Source: Balanoglossus misakiensis
Lineage: Eukaryota; Animalia; Hemichordata
Direction: 5' to 3'
DNA length: 64,000 nt
Assembly (NCBI GenBank): GCA_040954595.2
Contig: CM082584.2
Span: 10,262,190 to 10,326,189, forward strand
Below the pieces are notes generated by a model. It did not search any database. It was not told where the DNA came from and worked only from the letters and a program-made list of their open reading frames with translations. A program made the translations under genes and the position numbers. Below are positions 25,044 through 36,682 of the stretch, piece by piece; within the stretch, counting starts at the first letter, position 1; the number at the start of each line of letters is the position of its first letter.

Positions 25044-28000
25044 GTTCACACAATTTAGTTTTCGTGACATTTCTGGAAAGATGACGGTGGTGCGAGTATT
25101 GGAACAGCAGGACATTGTGTACAAGACGGTGACTGACCACTCTCTAAAGTGTTTTGTAAACGAAAATAACCAAACCCTTGATAAAAAATGGACAGTCTGT
25201 TGTTATTGGTGCAACTTTCTAAAATCTTTCGGCCAATCCGAGCCTTCACAATCACCTTGGTAACAATTGTCCAAATACCATGATAAAATCGACTTTCATA
25301 GTTGAAGCATAATCACTTCGATAATCAACAACAGATTGATAGTATTTAGAGGAAATTTGACTGATTTTGTTTGCGTGACGTAAGTTAAATTCGACAGTTG
25401 ACACGTGACTTTACAAACCGCTGTGAATTAAAAGAAAACTGGCCTTGAAATTGGCATGGGCATGTTTTAGGGGTTGTAGCATTGTTGTTATATCAAGAGT
25501 CGAACTCTCATAGCAGAGACATAATTTCAACGCAGTCCGTCGACCACTTGGACAGACATCAGCACAGTGTTTTTTCTATCGATGATCAAGAGGTGAACGA
25601 CTTGACCTGTGATCATTGTGCTATAAACACACATCCACCACTATAACCTCCTGGCTCGTTGATCTCAGGAGATCCACGCCTAAACAACTCCCCGAAGACA
25701 CTGAACAGTTTCGCCGCCCCTTTTGAGTATTTGCGTACTGTAATATGTACTCCCCTTCGCGAATACAGCGCGAGTTCTTTGTAGATAACATTATCTACCT
25801 CAGAAAAGAAATTATAGTGTGGTAAATTTACCGCATCTGTGGGATGCTGCTGTATTTACGTTGTCAACAAACGCTCAGAATTTACATTTCAAGTGCCGAA
25901 CCCAATTAAGTAGTATTGTATTATTACATTGTCTTCTTCTGTGTTGGTTTAAACCTGTTCCATATGTATACATTTTCATTGAAACTTTAATTTAAAAAGA
26001 AGAGTGTTTAGTCAAACTAATGTATAAATTTTCAAACTGTGTGTTCTTTTTTGGGGGTACTAGTATTTCGTTGCCTCTTTCTACCTGCGAGACTAACGCA
26101 GTCTGTCGTACGAGTTGCGGGCCAATCGAATCGCTGGGGGTCATGACACGCGGTGATCGCCGCGCTGGTGTAGAGAGTAAACCCGATTTGAACCGTGCGA
26201 CAGCTGATGTTATCAATTCAACGGTATTCAATCCGTACGACAAAAGCATTTGACAGCACAAACGCTAAAACGCACTATGTAATCCTATAAACAGACAAGC
26301 CAATGAAGATGCCTTCAGCTGTTAACGGACCCGTGTGCTCATCTTGGTAACCATAGCAACTCTCTCTTTTCGCATACCACGGGGGTAGATTTTATACACT
26401 GGCAACTGACCACGCTATGTGTGTACATATTTACGGAGTACTTATATGGTAATATCTATCGTAATAAACGACATACTACATCGTAGTTACAGGCATTTGT
26501 TATTTGATTTGACCTAAATACACGCTATCACAAACGAGTTAAAACGTGTTGTTTTCGATTTGGGATTACAGAATGGCATATATATCTATTTATATTGGCT
26601 TGTTTATTTATTTTGGAAGTTGATTGTATGGTACGTACTTTGTAAGACCGTGACCCATGTATTTTCACTATATAATTCTTGTATTCTCACTCTCCCCTCT
26701 TCCTCACTCTCACCTGTCCAACATTTCTACCAACTCAGCTTCATAAAGCTTACAGTCTCGTCGGTGGGGGGGGGGGGGGGGGTTGCGGACAAAGCAAATT
26801 GGTCAACTGGAACGAGGTAATACTAGTTATTGCTACCTGAAACGCCAAGCTACAATACAGCACTAGTTATATTCCGGGAAACGACTAGAGATGTGATAAT
26901 TGGAGCCACACACATCAATGAATTGGTCGAGGGCTCGTCTTTATGGGATATTGTTTATTGGGCAATTTGTCACGTGATTTGACTCTACAATTTGACTCTT
27001 TAACATGCCGACCTTTGAGGCACATTCCAGTCATTGTCAACGGAGCATGAAACTGTACATTTGACAGCTTTGGAATCAACATATCGGATATTTTCGTTTT
27101 AGTGGCGATCGGCATTATGTGCAATATAGTCATTTCTGTAGTCGACGTCTAGCCGCCCGCCATCCATAAAAGTTAACGACGCCGGGCGGTCGGTTTTAAA
27201 GTTGAAGTATTGATGGAAGATCGAACAATTGGCGGGAAATTAAACCGGAATAAGGTGTTCACAGACAAAGGGTTTCGGGCTGTTCTTTGCATCTCAAGAT
27301 TTGATTTCGTATCTGTCAGTTTCATCGGCGTCTTAATCGCCGCTGACCTCGCGTCAATTTCGGCATGCCCACGCACCTATACCACCTTGACAGATGCCAG
27401 CCAAGTGTTGTCGTTGAGTAATATCACAGCACACCCAACAAGGGCGAAGTCCCTCTTCCAACCGTCAACAAAGCAGTACCCTGGCCGATCCAGGGCAATA
27501 TCTGTCTCCTCAACAGCCAGCTACTGTTATCAAAGACTGCATGTCATTTTATCAATCAACAATACCCACAAAAGGTTGTCATTTTTGACAATCAGCAGTG
27601 TGGGCACTGAGCTTTAACTTTCTTGGCTCGACGCGCTCCGTTTGACTGAAAGCCCCTTGTTCATACACAAAGGTGGTCAATACCACCCTTTTCAATCGTC
27701 CCAGTAAACGACCACTAGATTCATACGCCGCTGTGATTGTTTGCTTTTCCTTTGAGAATATAACTGATGTCAAGAAGAGGACAGTGAAAAGGTGTCTGCT
27801 ATTCACAAACTGTTGTGTGAGGAGACAGAAACTGAACCAGTACATGTTCTGGCAACCGTGCATCATCCCAGTAACCACCAAAAACCAGGCTTTGTCCTGG
27901 TAAACCACAAGTGCATAGCCTGATAACCAACGATAACCAGTAATTATTGGGCGTGGAGGGGTACACCAAACGTATACTTTAGGGACCGTCTGAACTATTA

Positions 28001-28949
28001 AACTTAGTTTGGGATTTGGTAAGGATTGTCTCAGAAGGGCGTTTTGATATCATCACCATGGTGACGGGGGTGACCTTACCGATCTGTTTTTGTCAGTGAC
28101 GTGGTCTAGGAGGTGTTAAGGTGGATTCCCGGTTGCCCGGAAACAGATCGCGTTGCCGACACGTAATTGAGAAACCTTGTAATTCCTAAACGAGTCAATA
28201 AGTCAACCACACATTCTACGTAAAAGGCAAACGACCTTGAATCGTCATACTCAGTTATCTGGGGGATTAAAAAGTTTTTTTTTCAAGTCAACAGTGGTGC
28301 AAAATTGGATAAAGTACACACTTCTCTGACCTCGCAAATCATTTGACCTTGACGTCATCAAATTCACTGAGAACGCCACAATGCTTCCAACTATAGAGAA
28401 GTAATTAGATAACTTGACTAGTCCGTCGGAGACCTTGGTCAACAACAGATCTAGACTAGCTGACATTTCAAAATGACCCCTTATCTCATACATGAACACT
28501 CAACCACAGATCTTGATCAAAAACCACGTTTAACAGGTGGTTTTACCTTTTCCTTGTCGTAGATGGCGCATGCCACTGAAAACGACCCACGTCGAATTTA
28601 GGCAGTCAATTCTTTTGAGAATGACGATGTCTGTCTTGAGTTTGATGGCTTTTTTTCGCTTTCAAGTCAATTTCCTCTACCTTACCCATAATTTTAAATG
28701 GATACCCCTATTACGCCATTATGCCCATTAGAATAACGCTGTACATGGATACGAGCGCCTTTTAACATTTTAAACAAACGTTGACACGTTAACCTGTTTC
28801 AATAGAACACCAGAGTCACATTTTCTTAGTTAACATGTAAAATTTATGTACCCATATTTATTGGTGTAAAATGTGAGGTCGCTGCAAAATGATCAAGAAT
28901 AGCAGATAGGCAGCCGAAGCGAGGCTAAACTTCGAAGACATGGGATTCC

Positions 28950-29254
28950 CCAATCACGTGATCACTCTTTACAGCCTCACTTTGGATATTGAGTGAAAAA
29001 ACACGAATAGCGCAAACGTGTACCCATAGTTTTAAACGATACAGACATGAATTTGTTTCTGGAATATGTAAGAAATAAACCAGCTTAACTAGAGTGGTTA
29101 AAATAATGCCCCGAAAGAAAACCAAGCGACATACGATTGCCAACACATTCTGAGGTCAAAGGTCGGCTGGGACTTCCCTTGAAAATGGCGACTGAACGAA
29201 GGTGGGAGATTTGACCTCGGGTGTTTCTTCGACTTTTTCAATACATTAAAGAAG
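28950..29254 (+). promoter_or_regulatory. Probable ZNG1 promoter and non-coding first exon (donor GAAG|GTAAGC at 29254/29255)
   Basis: TCACGTGA E-box ~28955, DR1-like AGGTCAAAGGTCG 29153-29165, ETS-like ACTTCC and YY1-like AAAATGGCG ~29182. Strong donor; acceptor ends at 29551, just upstream of the coding ATG. Confidence 0.5.
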
Positions 29255-29602
29255 GTAAGCAGTCAATTTCGATTAATTTCTTTCACTGAATTTCCATGGA
29301 GTGCGCGTAGTCCTACTAAATCGATGCTGGGCCTGCAACTTAGCTGCACGCGACGGCGATTGAGATCGCTTGTAATCGCTATAGCAACACGGGTGGGCGT
29401 GGTCGTCCACGTGTGTACGGTCGAGGTCTGCGCTTGCTATTCTGCCCGAAATGTGGGTAGCTTCTTCCGTATGCTCGTCAATATCTACAAGAACCTTTCT
29501 TCTGTTTTCATATCTTGCCTATGAACACTTTTCCCCCCAATTTAATTCCAGTTTACATTCATCAATCCCATTTTGTCCCAACTGATGCTGATGTTTTGAA
29601 TC

Positions 29603-32600
29603 ATGTCTGACACATCCTCTGAAGACGATGATGAATGTCCACAACTAGTTGCAGCAAGCGTGGAAACCACACCACCAGGCCCTACCAAGAAAATACCCGT
29701 CACAATTATAACAGGATACTTAGGTATGTAAAAATGAATGTAATATTTATATGCATGTCCTGCATCAGAATTAAAGAAGCTCAAATTAAATTTGCTGTGT
29801 ATAACTAAAAAGCAAACTTGGATCAAGTTTTTGTGGTTTGATGGACGCACAGCCTTCTTGTAGCAAACGATTATTTGGTTGCAAAGTTTTTTGTTACTCA
29901 TTGTGTTTTTATTTTGCATTATTTCAGGGGCAGGGAAAACAACCCTGTTGAACTATATTCTCACTGAACAGCACAACAAGAAGATAGCTGTTATCTTGAA
30001 TGAATTTGGGGAAGGTAAAGAAACCGTGAAACATCAGTTGTTGTTTTCCAGGCCATTCTAAGCAACATGCTACAGATGCTGGAGAGGAGTCCATGCTAGA
30101 ATTAAGGTCCTAAAAGACAGTGTTTCTTTGCTTGTAGGAAGTGCAGTGGAAAAGTCCATGTCTGTCGGTCAGTCTGGTGAACTGTTTGAGGAGTGGTTGG
30201 AATTGCGCAACGGATGTCTCTGCTGCTCTGTCAAGTAAGATCATCATACAAGTGTTTCCCTGTTCAAATGAACACAATTGAAATTCCTGTAAAGTCAGTG
30301 CATGCTGCTGATGTTTGGAATAGTGGTTATTACAATAGCTGATTTTCTGTAATCGATACGATTACTTCATCTGGACAATACCAATATGATCATTTCACAG
30401 AGACAATGGTGTGAAAGCAATAGAAAACCTGATGGAAAAGAGAGGGAAGTTCGATTACATTCTCTTGGAAACAACGGGTTTAGCCGATCCAGGTAAGATT
30501 CCATGAAAACGTGATTGAAGGGATTTGAACTGAAAATATGGTGATGTCAGATTTGGAAGAAATTTCAGCATTCAACACTTAGAATCACACTGCATCAATA
30601 TGCCCGCTTGCCTGTTGATAGTCATCTGTAATATTGGAGTGTGCTTCCCAAATATTGTGCTCTCTGATAAACATGATATTTTAAACTGAGCCAATTTCTG
30701 TATACATGTAACTACTTACATGATATAAACCGTGGTTTCTATTTTGTATTTCATCAGGTCCGATTGCTTCAATATTTTGGATGGACGATGAGCTTGGAAG
30801 TGAACTATACCTAGATGGTGAGGAAATGATGGTTTACAACATTTGCATGTCTGCAAGATCTGCATATCATCCAGTAAATCCAGTTTTAAATCCAATAACA
30901 CAAACATTATATTTCTTTGCAGGAATTGTGACTGTAGTTGATGCTAAATATTGTTTGCAACATTTGCAAGAGAAGAAAGCGGAGGGCGTGATTAACGAAT
31001 CAGTCAGGTGAGATGATGAACATGATGGTAGCATTGTCTTTTTCTAGAATTTACTTCTCAAACTGGCTCCAGGGATGATCTGACCTCAAACTGAATTCCC
31101 ACCCAATTGACTTATCCTGTCATTTCTGTTCTCAGGCAAATTGCACTCGCAGACTTGATCATCGTCAATAAAACAGACTTGGTCGAAACTGAGCAGCTGA
31201 GAAATCTGACAGATCACATCAGGTATGAGCATTGAGGATTTTATATAACGCATACGTAAATAGCTTTGTTATATACTGTGCACATGCTATATTGACACAG
31301 ACATTCAGAGTAGCTGGCAGCTCTGGTAGTACTTCTGTATTTAGCGTTCTTCATAATTTGCACACTGTTACTGAAACATACATCATGCTGTGGGTTGTAA
31401 GTTTGTGCTTAGATTAAAAAATTAGCACTATTTTCCATTTTATTGACCAGGGCTATTAACAGCATGGCAAAGCTGGTGGAAACGTACAGAGCCAAGTAAG
31501 TTCAAGTTGGTTTTTATTGACATTTCAGCACAAAACTTTAATAGCTGGAGATATTAAGCTTTCTCACTATGTATTCTGTCTCTCTGTCTGTCTTGCCATC
31601 TGCCTGTTAGTCTACCTGTCTGTCCATCCATCCCTCACTTCGTCCTTCCGTCCGTCCGTACGTCTGTCTGTCTGAATCATCCACCAATCAAACTATGCAT
31701 CCACCCACCCAACCATATATATGATATTATTTTATGCTGTTTGCCTGATTCCAGACTCAGCTTAGATCTTATCTTGGATCTCCATGCATATGATTCACAA
31801 GACAGATCAAGGTAGGTACATGTCTGTCATATTATTTGTTTTTGGACAAGCATCCATTCTCCACCCTTCTGGGGTATGCTTTTTATTAGTGTACCTCACA
31901 AGGATGGCGAGACAGGTGGGCTGTCTCAGTCTGCTAATGACCATATGATGGCACACTTTTTTTGCATGGCCACCCAAGAGGAAATCTCTGACTGACTGCA
32001 TCTACATTGCCATGGTAATCATGGCTAAATGTGCATAGGTGACTGTATACATTTAATTCCAGTTTTGAAGTTCAGAAAGTTGACCCGAATAGTAATGTCA
32101 TATTTTTTTTTCAATTGCAGCTACTTGAAGGATATAATCAGACAGGAAAGTGGCAGCCATGGTCATCATATTGATCAGGTAATATTGACTTCTAAGTGTT
32201 CTTTTTTTTCTGGTCTTTTTTAACGTGTTGAGTTTTTCTTGCAGATCAACATAACTTTGTTTTTTTTTGACTAAGAGACATTATTAATTGAATGTTGTAA
32301 CAGTTAAACAACTTTGCAATAACTAACATTAATGCAAACATTTTCACCAACAGAGCGTTACCACGGTTACTTATGAGATGAAAGGCGACATCGATGCAAA
32401 GAAACTGGATGAGTTTCTACAGGTAAGCATTGACTACCTACAGTGCATGAAGGAAGCCAGTGTTGGAAGCCATAAAGTATAAGTCTCAAGGTTCAATAGT
32501 GTCCCCCACAGTGTTCAGGTTTGGGGAGGATCCGTTCAAGAGCGTCTTGGAAGAAAAGGAAAATAATGAATGCGATTGTCTCAGATTGTCACTTTTTGTC

Positions 32601-32672
32601 CTGCAGAATTTGCTCTGGGAAAAGAATATTTTCAACTCGGAGGGAAAACCAATGGAAATACTGAGGTTAAAG
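29603..32672 (+). CDS. ZNG1: Zinc-regulated GTPase metalloprotein activator 1 (COBW domain, COG0523), coding exons 1-12; C-terminal exons not found in the window
   Basis: Exons 29603-29723, 29928-30014, 30138-30234, 30401-30492, 30758-30817, 30923-31007, 31136-31222, 31451-31495, 31755-31811, 32121-32178, 32354-32422 and 32607-32672 are all GT-AG and splice in frame (308 codons). Motifs: CPQLV, Walker [37 protein letters not shown]...EILRLK. Also known as CBWD. Confidence 0.96.
31575..31715. repeat. Degenerate tetranucleotide repeats (CTGT/CCGT/CCAT) in a ZNG1 intron
   Basis: Directly visible. Confidence 0.6.
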
Positions 32673-33474
32673 GTCTGTGTATTTTTTTCTCCATTAACTA
32701 TTTATAAAACAGTTAAGATCCGGCAGTGAGGGCGCTGTCTGCATTTCAGGATAAATCGGCACTAATTAGGAGACACTATGTCTGTCAGTGTCAAGTCAAG
32801 GGATTTCCACCAGTTAAGCAAGGCATCTGTTTAATTCCCCCCCCCTCCCCCTGAAGTGTATTTCCTCTTTCCACTTTTAGATTCTGAAAACATACAGTAA
32901 ATGGCAAATCCATAAAAGGGCAAATTTTTCTGCGCGTTTCTCATTGTCATGGCTATGGCAAGATGGTGGCGGGCTAATAAAAAAGGTATTAAGTCTGAAA
33001 TCTATTATAATGGCAGCTCGGGGAAATCACCTTGAGATAGCTACATTTTGAAATTGAATTGACTGATGTATCTTTGGAGCATAAGTAAAGCCCACGGTAA
33101 CACAACTGGTGTACATTTGAACGCTTAAAAATTTAATCTTCTTCAGAGTATAAAGCTGTATCCGGGACCGGCTATGATTAGTGTGTTAGTAAGGACAACC
33201 CGACATGAATCACTCACATTCACTAGCCAACACTAGAGGCTAGAGAGCATAATATGATCATGAAATTAAGAGGCAACTATAAAGAAAAATAAGCCTGGGT
33301 CATTCAAAGCAAGGTTGGCCAGACAAAGTGAAACCCGACTAATTCCCCCAAGTGACAGTATCTTTTTTTTACTGAGATGTTGTGTCCATGTGTCATGCTG
33401 GTTGTACTGGTTTCAATACATGTTTGTCATGTGAAGTGCAATGCTACTCTGTGATTGGCAATTCTGTTGTGCTT

Positions 33475-33488
33475 GCGCCCTCTAGTGG
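33475..33488 (-). promoter_or_regulatory. CTCF consensus site (CCACTAGAGGGCGC)
   Basis: Full match to the CCASYAGRKGGCRS core on the minus strand; motif match only. Confidence 0.5.
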
Positions 33489-36417
33489 TGTTACATGATG
33501 AGTACCGCATTCCCCAGTCTCACCTCGTATGTTAGAACAACACTTTCATGTGAAGTGCATAGTTTTAAGTAACTCTAGTGTGCTAGTGTGCATCAATTAC
33601 CCGGTCGACAATTTTGTTAACACTATGTGGCTCTATGGTTAAAATTGATGTTCGATTTGCCACATGGGTAAAATGGAGACGCATGTCGATACACAATAGT
33701 TTTATTTTTCATTATTCCGAAAGCGTAAAATTTTACAACATGTTTAATGTTGCTGTCCCTCCTCCATTATCGCAACAACAGCAGAATGGTGTTTGTTTTG
33801 TCTGTGATGAAGTGTTGGGTAGTCTGCCCTGAACCGAGACTATGATGTCCTTCGTTTTTTCCCAATGATTGCTGTGGTGTGTTTTGTAGCCCGAGGGCGA
33901 TGTTTCACAGTGCAGCTGACAGACAGACAGACACAAGCATACACACACTTTTATATACATGTAGTTCAGCTTAATGGAATGTACACACATACATTTCTAT
34001 AAAACAGCACCTGTAATGTAGAGATTTAACGTAATTGTCAGGAAAGTAAAGTGCGAAAACCAAGCTTTGCATTGAGATAATGTCCTAACCATAGGGATAC
34101 GAAATATGCCCCCAGGAGTTTTGTCTGCCTGATGTTTTTCATGGAGCAAACCGCCATTCCAATTCTACCATTAAAAAAATAATCTCGTGATTATATATTT
34201 GGTATATGTCTGCTACCGTCAGGCTGGCATTGTGTGCACACATGAACATTTATTACAATGATTGAGCATATGTGAAGATGTGAAGTATATTGTCAAATGG
34301 GGAGTTTTATGGATACCATCATTTATTGTGATTTCTAAAATAGAGCATAGGAGTGGATCAATGTTCTAAAAAAGTGTATAGCCCTGTCGGTCTCTAAAGG
34401 ATCTTCATTCGCCCAGCTTTTGCTAGTTCTTGGCTAAACTTTGATCTAATGCGAAGTTAAAGGCACATAGGCTGAGCTGGGCCTGGCCCATTTTTGTTGA
34501 GGATACCAGCAGTGGTCTGGATTAGGCTACATGGCAATACAAGACAACACAACACAGCACAGCACAAGACAACACAGTGTTAATCGTGCTACTGTAATGA
34601 AGTTTAAAACGACCCAATCACTGTAATTTGTGAATGACGGTTGTGGTTATGGCAGATTTTGCCTTGGGGGGACTTTGCCTCAGTGTTTGCTGTCTTTGCC
34701 AAGTGGTTGTTGGAATTGTTGCGCTCAGGAGCAAACAAATTGGCGATAAGCACATCTAAATGCTATTACTTTGATTTCAAATAAATTTTAGGAGTAGAAC
34801 AATAAACAGTTTGGATTGAGAAGTCTGGCTCAAACTGATCTACTGATGTGAAATATGTGAATGATGTAATTTCTAGCATGTACCATACTTTATGTATAGT
34901 TTATAAATGCACACACAAGGCGAATAGTAGAACTCAAACATCTCCCCACAATTTAACATGTTTCAGTAAGCAGAGGAACGTAAATAACATTGGCCTTTCG
35001 AAACAAAAACAACCAAGTCCCGTGATGTGATGGCAGCTTTTCATCTCTTTAAGGTTAATGGCTGTACAGCATCTACTTACTGTCAAGCCCTGCAATACTG
35101 ATTACATGAAATTGCTCTCGAGTCCAGCAAGGATGGTCTCCTATCTGTCAATCTCAGCTCCTCTTGGTGTAAATACAAATAAACACAAGAGATGAGTTTG
35201 AGCCCTCTCAAGGACCTCCGAAGGGGGTGTTTTTGTATTCCGGGTGTCTGTGTTTTGCTTCACCCAGGCAAGTTTACAAAACAGAGTAACTCGATCCGCT
35301 GCCATTAGGAGCTGACTTGGCTTCGTGGGCGCGCAGTGACAATGTCAAAGTGCCGTTACCCGGGCGATGTGCGGAGGAGGAGCGAGAGAGCGTGTCTAGT
35401 GTTGAGGGATTATGTAAGGGTCGTGACCCCTGGCTGTATAGACACCAGTGGCAGTAAAGCATGGTGCAAATGCCAGTTGAGTTTGTGAAAGACAAGACAC
35501 AAGAGTAACGCAGACCAAGTATAGAAGTGTGCGTGAAGCTTCTGTATATAGCTTCTAGATACTCCAGCATTCAGGTGTTATCAAATACAAGACTTTCCAT
35601 CAAGCATACCAGCTCTTAGAATAGTAGGCTTTTTCAGAAGCCTAAGGACTCAAATAGACTTAAGTTAATACACAATAAAAAGTTTTCTGAAAAAAAGGAA
35701 AAGATTAAACATTAGAGCCACCCCCATCAAATTCTGATGTCTACATTTATTTTATTGCCCGACAGAATTCATTCACACAAATTGCAGTGTGCCTGTATTT
35801 TGCATGGTCTGGTTACTTTCGATTATATTTAGAAGGACATTTCAATGAATCTCTAGAAAGCTAATATGGAACACTAAATGAAATCCTAAAAAGAGCATCA
35901 AATACCGATTAGCAAGCTCTCTGTTGTTGAGCACAAAAAACGCTTCAAAGAGGCCCAATATTTTATAACCCTCTTTTCACCGTCCAAAAGGCAGAATACT
36001 GAGATTAAAAGAACGGTGCAAACAGTGTTTTCATCGCGCCTTTGTGTTAGTTTTCCATTCAAATCAGACTAATGCAAAATTGACTATAGCCAGAGCGGAT
36101 GAAAATAACTCCATCCTGATTTGAACAATTGCTTGTATTCATCTCTTGCACAGATGTTGGTAAAAACTGCATGATCTGATAAACACCTGCTACATGCGTT
36201 TACTCAGAAAGATCCTGAAATTGTCAAATATTGGTTTTGTTAAGTTATTTCAGCAGTCTGCTTCATTTCAAAAATGATTCTCTGAACTGAAAAGGGTGCA
36301 AGTATTTGTGTTATTGGTACATTATCGATATACACATGTACCAGAAATTGCACGTCACTTGTTGCTATGTTACTTGGAGGGAAGTTCACACATCACTTGG
36401 TGTTTGAAGCACCTAGA

Positions 36418-36682
36418 ACTAGGGGGTCATGTCACTCATCATGGTGCTAGGGGGGTCAAATCACCCAACTCCTAGAGCATGGGGTTGATATCACTTGGTG
36501 CATGCGAGGAAGTCAGATTATACACACCAACCACAGCTAGGGGGTTAAATCACACGGCACTTTGGGCTAGGGGGTCAGATCATGGATCATTTTGTGTTAG
36601 GGGGCCAATCACTGAGGACCTGCAGCTAGGGGTAGAAATCGTTTGATCACTAGATCACACTGTGCTAGGGAGTCAAATCATT
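36418..36682. repeat. Degenerate ~30-bp-period array of GCTAGGGGGTCAAATCAC-like motifs (9 copies)
   Basis: Copies start near 36418, 36446, 36477, 36504, 36536, 36566, 36596, 36625 and 36664. Confidence 0.75.

Noticed and set aside
34457-34480. TTAAAGGCACATAGGCTG, a possible Kolobok-like terminus (similar lone ends near 3750, 20960-20985 and 61955)
   Set aside because: No partner inverted terminus found, so elements cannot be delimited
36418-36682. CRISPR-like repeat-spacer interpretation
   Set aside because: Eukaryotic intron, repeats too degenerate, spacers too short, no cas genes
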